A stretch of 64,000 nt of DNA, taken from Clostridia bacterium (GTDB lineage Bacteria > Bacillota > Clostridia > Oscillospirales > Acutalibacteraceae). The notes beneath the pieces are model-generated. The model ran no database searches. It saw only the letters and a list, made by a program, of their open reading frames with translations, and was not told where the DNA came from. Shown here in pieces: positions 56,373 to 64,000 of this stretch. Location of the stretch: positions 8,609-72,608 of the forward strand of contig JAGBFF010000044.1 of the NCBI GenBank assembly GCA_017936615.1, given 5' to 3'. The position numbers and the translations under genes were made by a program. Every line of letters begins with the position of its first letter. The first letter of the stretch is position 1.

Positions 56373-56435
56373 ATGAAAGCAACCGGAATTGTTCGTAGAA
56401 TAGAGGAATGCGTTATAATAGGGCAAACAGCTTGA
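56373..56435 (+). pseudogene. AbrB/SpoVT-type regulator, N-terminal remnant
   Basis: RBS aaaggag precedes MKATGIVRRIEE (canonical AbrB start MK.TGIVR.[IV][DE]E). Similarity then ends, with a stop after 20 codons. Confidence 0.55.
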
Positions 56436-56595
56436 AACCCGCATAAACACTAGGGTTTTCGCTGGTTTGCCCCATTGAACGCATTGGTGTCAAAACAGGG
56501 TTTTTGGCGGTTTTAGAAAGGAGCAGAATAACATTCTAAATATGCGTCAGAAATACATACTCTGAGCAGCCAAAATTAAATATTCAACTGTCACA

Positions 56596-56634
56596 AAAAG
56601 CCGAATGGGTATTGAACTCATTTGGCTTTTATTT
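56596..56634 (+). terminator. terminator-like hairpin
   Basis: aaaagccgaatg / catttggctttt stem followed by a T-rich tail. Confidence 0.5.
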
Positions 56635-56672
56635 GTACAATCCTGAAAATGAGTAGAGTCAATAAGCACTTG

Positions 56673-56701
56673 TTGACATTTCAACTTCTTTGAGGTATAA
56701 T
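56673..56701 (+). promoter_or_regulatory. promoter of the HAD-MarR-DegV-XRE operon
   Basis: Exact TTGACA (56673-56678), 17-nt spacer, exact TATAAT (56696-56701). Confidence 0.65.
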
Positions 56702-56728
56702 ACAAAAGTTGAGTTTTCAACTTTTGTA
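56701..56728 (+). promoter_or_regulatory. operator-like perfect palindrome over the predicted transcription start (candidate MarR site)
   Basis: tacaaaagttga gttt tcaacttttgta: 12-bp perfect arms with a 4-nt spacer. An extra tcaactt half-site lies in the promoter spacer. Confidence 0.55.
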
Positions 56729-56755
56729 TTTAGATAACGAGAACGGAGAATAAAG

Positions 56756-57478
56756 ATGAGTATTAAAGTTGTTCTGTTTGATTTAGATGGAACTTTACTT
56801 CCTATGGATCAAGATGTGTTTGTAAAAGCATATTTCAAGGGAATTGCAGCAAAACTTGCTCCTTATGGTTATGAGCCCAAAGCACTGATTGACGCAATAT
56901 GGTCAGGAACCATCGAAATGATTAAAAATGATGGGCGCATAACAAACGAAGAAGCATTTTGGGATTACTTTGCTTCAATATATGGCGAAAAATCATTGGC
57001 GGCTATGCCGTTGTTTGAAAAATTTTACATCGAAAACTTTGATGCCGTAAAAGAGGTATGTGGCTATAATCCTGTGGCCGCAGAAACGGTAGAGAAGCTT
57101 AAAAAAGACGGCATTCGTGTTGCACTTGCTACCAATCCCATATTCCCTTCTATTGCAACTGAAAAACGAATGCGGTGGGCCGGACTGAAGCCGGAAGATT
57201 TTGAATTCTTTACGACCTATGAAAATTCAAAATACTGTAAGCCTAACCTCTGTTATTATAAAGAACTGTTAAAACAGTTGGGCGCCAAGCCTGAGGAATG
57301 TTTGATGGTCGGCAATGATGTTGGTGACGATATGGTAGCAGAAGATCTTGGAATGAAGGTCTTTTTGCTGACGGATTACCTGATCAATAAAACAGATAAA
57401 GAAATTTCGAATTACCATAATGGCGGTTTTAGTGAGCTGCTTCAATTTATCAATGATTTAATGGAGGGAAATGTATGA
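56756..57478 (+). CDS. HAD-superfamily hydrolase
   Basis: VLFDLDGTL (DxDGT) motif I, plus GNDVGDD motif IV. Confidence 0.85.
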   Translation: MSIKVVLFDLDGTLLPMDQDVFVKAYFKGIAAKLAPYGYEPKALIDAIWSGTIEMIKNDGRITNEEAFWDYFASIYGEKSLAAMPLFEKFYIENFDAVKEVCGYNPVAAETVEKLKKDGIRVALATNPIFPSIATEKRMRWAGLKPEDFEFFTTYENSKYCKPNLCYYKELLKQLGAKPEECLMVGNDVGDDMVAEDLGMKVFLLTDYLINKTDKEISNYHNGGFSELLQFINDLMEGNV

Positions 57479-57927
57479 TAGATAGATTTGAACGCTTTTC
57501 GCTTGCTATTTCCGAGATCTCGCGCTATTGGCATAAGCTGGCTGCAGAGGAGCTTACAAAGTACGGTCTGAAAGGCCCTCACGCAACCTATCTGACGGCT
57601 ATATACAAATATCCGGAAGGAATCACGGTTCCGCAGCTGTGTATGGTGTGTGGTAAAGATAAGTCCGATGCATCCCGTATGATATCCATATTAGAAGAAA
57701 AGGGACTTGTAAAAAAGCAAGTTGTTGGCGGAAGCCTTTACAGAGGAAAACTACAACTTACTGAAGAAGGTAAACTTGCGGCAGAGCATGTTTCCCGAAG
57801 GGCAAGCCGCGCGGTAGAGATGGCAGGTAAAGATCTTACCGATGAAGCGAGAGCAATGTTTTATAAATCTCTTGACTCTATAACCGCTAATTTACGTGAG
57901 CTTTGTCAGGAAGGAATACCGGACTAA
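57475..57927 (+). CDS. MarR family transcriptional regulator
   Basis: 150 aa winged-helix protein (GITVPQLCMVCGKDKSDASRMISILEEKGLV). ATGA overlap with the HAD gene. Confidence 0.85.
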   Translation: MIDRFERFSLAISEISRYWHKLAAEELTKYGLKGPHATYLTAIYKYPEGITVPQLCMVCGKDKSDASRMISILEEKGLVKKQVVGGSLYRGKLQLTEEGKLAAEHVSRRASRAVEMAGKDLTDEARAMFYKSLDSITANLRELCQEGIPD

Positions 57928-57961
57928 CCAATAACAAAATTATTAGTAAAGGATAGATATT

Positions 57962-58801
57962 ATGAAAACAAGAATTATTGTGGATTCCACAGCAGATTTA
58001 ATGCCTGAAATAAGAGAACGTGTACATGTCGTTCCTCTTACCGTTCATTTTGGACAGGAAGAATATGTTGATGGCGTAACCATCGATCACAAGGCATTTT
58101 ATGAAAAATTGGTTGAAACGGATGTTCACCCTTCAACCAGTCAGGCAACACCTGTTGCATTTGAAAAAGAATATGAGAAGGCTCGCGAAGCGGGAGATGA
58201 GGTTGTTGTCATTACGCTGTCCTCAAAACTCTCGGGCACATATCAAAGCGCAATGATTGCCGCACAGGATTATGACAACATTTATATTGTGGACAGCGGC
58301 AGTGTTGCTATTGGCGGCGGCATTCTGGTTGAGTACGCATTAGAGCTTCTGAATGACGGCTTAAATGCCAAGGAAATAGTTAATAGGTTGGAAGAAGCAA
58401 AAAGAAAAATTGTTATTGTTGCTTTGGTAGACACCCTTGAATATCTTAAAAAGGGTGGTCGCATTTCCAAAGCGGTAGCATTTGCTGGCGGAGTGCTTAA
58501 TATCAAACCGGTTCTTTCTGTTATAGATGGTGAGATTAATATGCTTGGTAAAGCGCGTGGATCCAAGATGGGTAACAATCTGCTTGTTCAAGAAATTGAC
58601 AAAGCCGGCGGTATTGATTTTGGCAAACCGGTATTACTCGGCTATACGGGTATTTCAAATGCTTTATTGCTGAAATATATTGATGATAGCAAACACATTT
58701 GGGAAAACAACCTCAAAGCGGTGCGTTATACGACTATCGGCAGTGTGATTGGAACTCACGCAGGTCCTGGTGCTGTTGCAGTAGCATTTTTCAAAAAATA
58801 A
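57962..58801 (+). CDS. DegV family fatty-acid-binding protein
   Basis: IIVDSTADL N-terminus, LSSKLSGTYQSA and GTHAGPGAV motifs. Confidence 0.9.
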   Translation: MKTRIIVDSTADLMPEIRERVHVVPLTVHFGQEEYVDGVTIDHKAFYEKLVETDVHPSTSQATPVAFEKEYEKAREAGDEVVVITLSSKLSGTYQSAMIAAQDYDNIYIVDSGSVAIGGGILVEYALELLNDGLNAKEIVNRLEEAKRKIVIVALVDTLEYLKKGGRISKAVAFAGGVLNIKPVLSVIDGEINMLGKARGSKMGNNLLVQEIDKAGGIDFGKPVLLGYTGISNALLLKYIDDSKHIWENNLKAVRYTTIGSVIGTHAGPGAVAVAFFKK

Positions 58802-58817
58802 GCTTGGAGGAAATCCA

Positions 58818-59420
58818 ATGGAAGATATAAAAAGCATTGTTGCTAAAAACATAACAGAACTTCGTCTACTCAATAATATGACGCAGATGGAGCTTGCTGA
58901 AAAATTGAACTACTCTGACAAAACGATATCTAAGTGGGAAAGAGCTGAATCTACACCCGACATATCTGTGCTTGTAGAGATTGCTGGTTTATTCGGTGTG
59001 ACACTGGATTTTCTTGTAAAAAGCGAGAACATTGAAGAGGTTGTAGTTGAGCACAAGGAAAAGGAAACTAAATACAACCGAAGAGCCATCGCTTATATTT
59101 CAGAAAGTGTTGGATGGATTGTTGCGATTTTTGCTTTTATTATAACAACATTGATTTTGAAAGAAACAACATTTCAATGGCTTTATTTTGTCTATGCACT
59201 TCCTGTGGTTCTGATTGTAAAGCTTGTGTTTAATTCAGTGTGGTTTAATCCGAGACATAACTATTTTATTATTTCTGCATTGATGTGGTCGCTGCTTGCA
59301 GCCATACATATCACGTTCCTTTACTTCGGTATTAGCGTCGCACTTATCTATCTGTTGGGTGTGGCAGGTCAAATTGTGATTATGATGTGGTCTTTTATCA
59401 AAAAACCGAAAATGAAATAA
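58818..59420 (+). CDS. XRE-family HTH regulator with C-terminal multi-pass membrane domain
   Basis: HTH_3 motif (LRLLNNMTQMELAEKLNYSDKTISKWE) followed by about four hydrophobic helices. Confidence 0.8.
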   Translation: MEDIKSIVAKNITELRLLNNMTQMELAEKLNYSDKTISKWERAESTPDISVLVEIAGLFGVTLDFLVKSENIEEVVVEHKEKETKYNRRAIAYISESVGWIVAIFAFIITTLILKETTFQWLYFVYALPVVLIVKLVFNSVWFNPRHNYFIISALMWSLLAAIHITFLYFGISVALIYLLGVAGQIVIMMWSFIKKPKMK

Positions 59421-59431
59421 GTGCTTATACT

Positions 59432-59467
59432 AAACGCCCTGTTTTCAAGCAAAACAGGGCGTTTTTT
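59432..59467 (+). terminator. intrinsic terminator
   Basis: aaacgccctgtttt caagc aaaacagggcgttt plus a T-run. Confidence 0.85.
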
Positions 59468-59554
59468 GCGCGAATTCTCCGAAATGGAGAGTTGTAGAGA
59501 GTTGATTCTACGATACAAAATCTAATGAGTAGACAGTAATCCATGATACTTAGG

Positions 59555-59583
59555 TTTACCCAATTATATTGCATAAGTATAAT
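59555..59583 (+). promoter_or_regulatory. promoter of the GT8 operon
   Basis: TTTACC, 17-nt spacer, TATAAT. Confidence 0.45.
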
Positions 59584-59609
59584 AAAACTGCGAAGGTGGT
59601 GAAACCGTT

Positions 59610-60440
59610 TTGAATATTTTGTTTTGTGGTGACAAAGGTGTTTGCGAAGGCATCTTCTTGTCAGCACTTTCTATTTGCAAAAACACAAAGAGTGATGTCA
59701 AATTTTATATCTTGACAGCATCTGTTGAGGATCATGAAGCAATACCTCAAAGCTTTGCCGATCTATTGCGGGATACTGTACAAGAAAAGCGAGAGGGACA
59801 TAAAGTGATTCTGCTGAACATAACAGAGCAATTCCGAGGATATCTACCTCTTGCAAATATGGGAACACGTTTTACACCGCTGTGTATGCTCCGCTTGTTT
59901 GCAGATTTAATTCCAGAGATTCCCGACAAAATTTTATATCTCGACACAGACGTTTTGTGCAACGCTAATTTTGAAGACATGTATAGGATGAATTTAAGCG
60001 ATATTGATATTGCCGGTGTACCGGATCGCTATGGAAAATGGTTTTTCGGAAACATCCTGAAACGCGATTATCTCAACTCGGGTGTTTTGCTGTTGAATAT
60101 GGAGAATATTAGAAAGAATGGATTATTTGAAAAATGCCGCCGTATGTGTAGAGATAAGAAAATGTTTATGCCTGACCAATCGGCACTGAATAAGATGGCG
60201 GTTAAGCACAAGATTTCCGGTAGATATAACAACCAAGGGAAAATGAAGAAGGATACCGTGTTTAAGCACTTTACAACCTTTTTTCGATTTCTGCCTCGAT
60301 TCAAAGCGGTTACAATTAAGCCTTGGCAGGTAGAAAAATTACATAACGAACTGAAAATATATGAGTTTGACGATATTTTGGAAGAATACAAAAGGAGTAT
60401 GAAAGATGTACAGAGAGATACCGATTTTCTTTACAATTGA
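59610..60440 (+). CDS. glycosyltransferase family 8
   Basis: TTG start after gaaggtgg. YLDTDVL (DXD) and NSGVLLLN GT8 motifs. Confidence 0.8.
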   Translation: MNILFCGDKGVCEGIFLSALSICKNTKSDVKFYILTASVEDHEAIPQSFADLLRDTVQEKREGHKVILLNITEQFRGYLPLANMGTRFTPLCMLRLFADLIPEIPDKILYLDTDVLCNANFEDMYRMNLSDIDIAGVPDRYGKWFFGNILKRDYLNSGVLLLNMENIRKNGLFEKCRRMCRDKKMFMPDQSALNKMAVKHKISGRYNNQGKMKKDTVFKHFTTFFRFLPRFKAVTIKPWQVEKLHNELKIYEFDDILEEYKRSMKDVQRDTDFLYN

Positions 60441-61359
60441 CGATAGCTACGCGCCTTTCCTTGCAGTAGCACTCAATTCCGCAATTAAGAATGCTAATCC
60501 CGACCGCAACTATCGAGCGATCGTACTGCATCAGGATTTAAGTGAAACTAACATTGCCAAATTACAATCTTTGCAGGCGGACAATTTCAAAATCGAGCTG
60601 ACACCGATGAAAGCGAATTTTGATGCACTGGACGATAGAATGAGCAACCGTCTGCGCTGTGATTATTTTACGCTGACGATTTATTTCCGTCTGTTTATAC
60701 CGGCAATGTTCCCTCAATACGACAAAGGCATCTACATCGATAGCGACGTTGTTTTAACTGATGACATTGCCAAATTGTTTGATATTGGTATTGGGGATAA
60801 TTATATCGGTGCTTGCAACGATTTATCGATTGCAGATATTCCGCCGTTGGTTGCCTATACAGAAAATGCCATAGGTGTCAAAGCAAAGGAATATATCAAT
60901 TCCGGTGTACTCCTTATGAATTTGAAAAAATTGCGCGACAGCGATTTGGAGGGGCATTTCCTCAACCTGCTATCGACTTACCATTTTGACAGCATTGCTC
61001 CAGATCAGGATTATCTTAACGCTATGTGCAACGGCAAGATTTATTATCTGGATGAAGCCTGGGATGCGATGCCTAATGACGCAAAGCCTCAGCTCGAAAA
61101 AACCTATCTCATTCACTATAATCTTTTCTCAAAGCCCTGGTGTTATGATGGTGTGCAATATGAGAAAGAATTCTGGGAGTATGCTGAGGACAGCGGTTAT
61201 ATAGATGAAATCAAAGCCTATAAAGCCGCCTATACAGACGAGAAGAAGAAAGCAGACAGTGAATGCTTAGAATTGCTTGTCAGAAGAGGAACGGAGATTT
61301 CCGACAATGAAATCACGTTTAAAAAGCTTCATGAAAAGGGAGTCAAAATCAGACTATGA
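60406..61359 (+). CDS. glycosyltransferase family 8
   Basis: IPIFFTIDDSYAPFLAVAL, YIDSDVV (DXD), NSGVLLMN and HYNLFSKPW motifs. Confidence 0.85.
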   Translation: MYREIPIFFTIDDSYAPFLAVALNSAIKNANPDRNYRAIVLHQDLSETNIAKLQSLQADNFKIELTPMKANFDALDDRMSNRLRCDYFTLTIYFRLFIPAMFPQYDKGIYIDSDVVLTDDIAKLFDIGIGDNYIGACNDLSIADIPPLVAYTENAIGVKAKEYINSGVLLMNLKKLRDSDLEGHFLNLLSTYHFDSIAPDQDYLNAMCNGKIYYLDEAWDAMPNDAKPQLEKTYLIHYNLFSKPWCYDGVQYEKEFWEYAEDSGYIDEIKAYKAAYTDEKKKADSECLELLVRRGTEISDNEITFKKLHEKGVKIRL

Positions 61360-62219
61360 TTATCGGAGAAAACCGCGAGGCGGTAATCAAAAATATTAAA
61401 GTATATGCAGAGAGTGGACAGTTTCACAATAAAGTTGAACTCAATGACCCGGTGCTTACCTCTGAAGAAAACCGTAAAATCACAAACGGCTATATGGAAA
61501 GCAAAAACACTCTTACATACAAAATTAAAAAAAGTTGCGGTGTTGCACTTGCAAAAGCAGCTACAAGGGTGATCAATAAGGATACAGAAATTGTCGGTCT
61601 TGAAAAAATACCGAAGGATATCGGCGGAGTGCTGATTACCAGTAATCATTTCAGTCCGCTTGAAAACACGGTTATTCGTCATCTTATGAATACGCTCGGC
61701 AGAAAGCATCTTGGCATTATCAGTCAGACCTCTAATTTTGCTATGAAGGGCATTATTGGCTTTTTGATGAACTATGCAGATACCATTCCGATTTCAACAG
61801 ATCCACGCTATTTAATAAAAGATTTCTTATCAATTTTAAAAGAGCGTTTGGTGGATAAAAAACATGCAGTGCTTTTGTATCCTGAGCAGGAAATGTGGTT
61901 TAATTATCGCAAGCCGCGTCCCCCTAAAAACGGTGCGTATTTTTATGCAGCTAAGTTGAACGTGCCGATTATATCCTGTTTTGTGGAAATGGTGGATCTA
62001 CCGGAGGATGATACAGTAGAATTCAAGAAAGTAAAGTATGTCTTGCATATATTAGACGTGTTGTATCCCGAACTCAATAAATCAGTCAAAGAAAATACCG
62101 AAGCATTGGGGGAAGCAGATTACACGCTGAAAAAGAATTGCTATGAAACAGTCTATGGCAAGGAACTGACATATACCTTTGACAACTCCGATATAGCCGG
62201 ATGGAAAGAAGCGCTATGA
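61356..62219 (+). CDS. LPLAT/PlsC-like acyltransferase
   Basis: ITSNHFSPLEN (an H-x4-E variant of HX4D) and LLYPEQEMW (acyl-acceptor pocket-like) motifs. ATGA overlap with the preceding gene. Confidence 0.65.
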   Translation: MIIGENREAVIKNIKVYAESGQFHNKVELNDPVLTSEENRKITNGYMESKNTLTYKIKKSCGVALAKAATRVINKDTEIVGLEKIPKDIGGVLITSNHFSPLENTVIRHLMNTLGRKHLGIISQTSNFAMKGIIGFLMNYADTIPISTDPRYLIKDFLSILKERLVDKKHAVLLYPEQEMWFNYRKPRPPKNGAYFYAAKLNVPIISCFVEMVDLPEDDTVEFKKVKYVLHILDVLYPELNKSVKENTEALGEADYTLKKNCYETVYGKELTYTFDNSDIAGWKEAL

Positions 62220-62989
62220 AAGAAGTAAGATACTATTCAACTTATACAGATGACTTTGAAGAAAGTGCCAATCAGAATTATAAATTGCCTGAAGATTATA
62301 AGTGGGTACGAAAGGATATCTTCTCAAAATTTCTTTCGGGACTGATTTATGGTTTGGCGGTTATTTTTGGCGGCGCTTACTGCAAATCCTTTTTGCATAT
62401 GAAGGTCAAAGGCAGAAAGAACCTCAAGGGCATGAAAGGCGATTTCTTTATTTATGGAAATCATACTCAACCTGTTGGTGATGTTTTTATCCCTGCTCTT
62501 TGTGCGTTGCCAAAAAGGATCTTTACCGTTGTCAGTACGGCGAATTATGGTATTCCCGTGATTGGGAAAATTCTACCGTATTTGGGTGCGCTGCCAATCG
62601 TCGATTCCTTGCATGGATTCAAAGAACTGAATAAGGCAATAGAAATGCGAGTTGAAATGAATCATCCTATTGTTATTTATCCGGAAGCACACGTTTGGGA
62701 ATACTATACTGGCATACGTCCTTTTGCGGATGCTTCGTTTAAGTTTCCGGTAAAAATGAATAAACCAGCCTTTGCTATGACTGTAACGTATCGTGAAAGC
62801 AAAGTATTTAAGCGACCGATTATGGAGGTCTATTTGGATGGTCCTTTCTATGCGGAGGGTGAAACCGTCAAAGACAAAACCACTGATTTGCATTGCAAAA
62901 TCTACGAAGCGATGATGAAGCGAAGCAAAAACAGCAATTACAATTACATCGAATATAAGGAAAAGGAAATATCAAAATGCGAAAATTAA
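62216..62989 (+). CDS. LPLAT/PlsC-like acyltransferase
   Basis: IYGNHTQPVGD (His-Asp block with 5-residue spacing) and VIYPEAHVW motifs. ATGA overlap at 62216-62219. Confidence 0.65.
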   Translation: MKEVRYYSTYTDDFEESANQNYKLPEDYKWVRKDIFSKFLSGLIYGLAVIFGGAYCKSFLHMKVKGRKNLKGMKGDFFIYGNHTQPVGDVFIPALCALPKRIFTVVSTANYGIPVIGKILPYLGALPIVDSLHGFKELNKAIEMRVEMNHPIVIYPEAHVWEYYTGIRPFADASFKFPVKMNKPAFAMTVTYRESKVFKRPIMEVYLDGPFYAEGETVKDKTTDLHCKIYEAMMKRSKNSNYNYIEYKEKEISKCEN

Positions 62990-63813
62990 GAATTGTTTCA
63001 GACTCATCGTTTGATATTTTAGAACTTGAAAATGTGGACTTTGCATATGCGCCGATGAAAATTATTACTGCAGAGCGTGAGTTCGTTGATGACAAAAATC
63101 TCGATGTTGACGAGATGGCAAATTTCTTTAATCTGTACAAAGGAAGATCTCAAACTTCTTGCCCAAATGTTACAGACTGGATAGATGCCTTTGGCGATGC
63201 GGATGATATTATCTGTGTAACTATTACAAGTGCCTTATCTGGAAGTTATAACTCTGAATGTTTAGCAAAACAAATATATGAGGAAGAATATGAAGGTAGA
63301 CGTGTGTTTGTTTTGGATACTCTTTCTGCCGGTCCTGAGATTACGTTGGTGATAAAGAAGCTGGAGGAATATGTCAAGCAAGGAATGGAGTACGAGACTA
63401 TTTGTGAACGAATTAAAGCGTATCTCAAACAGACTGGACTTGTGTTTGTACTCAAATCCCTTCATAACTTTGCTGCAAACGGCAGAGTATCGCCACTTGT
63501 TGCCAAGGTTGCTGGTTTTGCTGGAATTTGTATTGCAGGCAAAGCCAGTGATGAAGGGACACTGGAGCCCTCTCATAAGTGCAGAGGAGAAAACAAATCC
63601 CTCGATGCGATACTCTCTGATATTGAAAAGTACGGACTTAGAAACGGCAAAGTTAGCATCGGACATTGTCAAAACGAAAAGGCTGCAGAACGTCTACAGG
63701 CAATGATTAAAGAAAAATTTGACAAGGTTCAGATTGAGATACATAAACTCAGGGGCCTGTGTAGCTTCTATGCCGAAAAAGGTGGCTTATTAGTCGGTTT
63801 TGAAAAATATTGA
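62977..63813 (+). CDS. DegV family protein (second copy)
   Basis: RIVSDSSFD, ITSALSGSYNS and C-terminal EDD-fold pattern. Overlaps the preceding gene by 13 nt. Confidence 0.8.
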   Translation: MRKLRIVSDSSFDILELENVDFAYAPMKIITAEREFVDDKNLDVDEMANFFNLYKGRSQTSCPNVTDWIDAFGDADDIICVTITSALSGSYNSECLAKQIYEEEYEGRRVFVLDTLSAGPEITLVIKKLEEYVKQGMEYETICERIKAYLKQTGLVFVLKSLHNFAANGRVSPLVAKVAGFAGICIAGKASDEGTLEPSHKCRGENKSLDAILSDIEKYGLRNGKVSIGHCQNEKAAERLQAMIKEKFDKVQIEIHKLRGLCSFYAEKGGLLVGFEKY

Positions 63814-63830
63814 AAAGATTATGAATACTA

Positions 63831-63866
63831 GGGAGATGACGCCCAAAACAAGTCATCTCCCTTTTC
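63831..63866 (+). terminator. intrinsic terminator
   Basis: gggagatgac / gtcatctccc stem followed by TTTTCG. Confidence 0.7.
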
Positions 63867-64000
63867 GTATCTCGATTTAAAAATTTAAAAACAATTGGAA
63901 ATTCTACTCATAATTTCTACAAAAAGTGTGATACTAACAAAGAGCAAAAAACAACAACTCGTCCCAGCTAAGGACCTTGGCAGTGTCGTACTTTTTGGAT

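Noticed and set aside
1-64000. CRISPR arrays, IS elements, transposases, integrases, phage or toxin-antitoxin/defence genes.
   Set aside because: No regularly spaced direct repeats and no recognisable recombinase or nuclease motifs were seen on either strand. The only decay or junction signature is the 55.8-56.7 kb zone, reported separately.

Overview
This 64-kb window reads like a chromosome segment of a Gram-positive anaerobe of the Clostridia type. Supporting signs are GGAGG-type Shine-Dalgarno sites, TTGACA-17-TATAAT promoters, hairpin plus T-run terminators, and DegV, YfhO, Amidase_3 and Flg_new-repeat genes. All calls are by-eye motif recognition on the supplied six-frame track and raw sequence; no searches were run. 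Layout, left to right: (1) The argS 3' end (1-717). (2) A 24.6-kb, 22-gene, single-strand Wzx/Wzy-type surface-polysaccharide locus (893-25494). It ends with a Bacteroides-type bifunctional fucokinase/GDP-fucose pyrophosphorylase (Fkp), FnlABC/CapEFG (UDP-L-FucNAc), a uronate-epimerase-like gene and FucU. (3) A DeoR-linked GlpA-like/DUF1667 oxidoreductase operon whose middle gene is broken at an A7 run. (4) An APH(3')-like kinase, a C_GCAxxG protein, MscS, DUF5071 and a stand-alone tRNA-Pro(CGG). (5) YfhO, GH13 and GH20, then dusB and an amidase. (6) A second, physically split polysaccharide system: a TuaG-like GT2 plus priming transferase at 40.8-42.8 kb, and GT4, GT4, EpsG-type polymerase, TupA-like ATP-grasp, carboxyethyl-ornithine-synthase-like dehydrogenase and flippase at 48.8-55.7 kb. 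The two halves are separated by an ORF-less promoter-to-terminator unit (candidate ~355-nt RNA), an esterase and a 1268-aa Flg_new-repeat wall-anchored protein. (7) A ~1-kb gene-decay zone (AraC, DUF2961 and AbrB fragments) that coincides with a sharp drop in GC. (8) AT-rich operons: HAD-MarR-DegV-XRE and GT8-GT8-acyltransferase-acyltransferase-DegV. No rRNA, CRISPR array, transposase, integrase or phage gene was recognised. The observations most worth follow-up are the ATP-grasp plus opine-synthase pair (predicted opine-amidated polymer), the fucose-salvage module in a Gram-positive capsule locus, the orphan RNA unit, the homopolymer frameshift, and the decay/GC junction.
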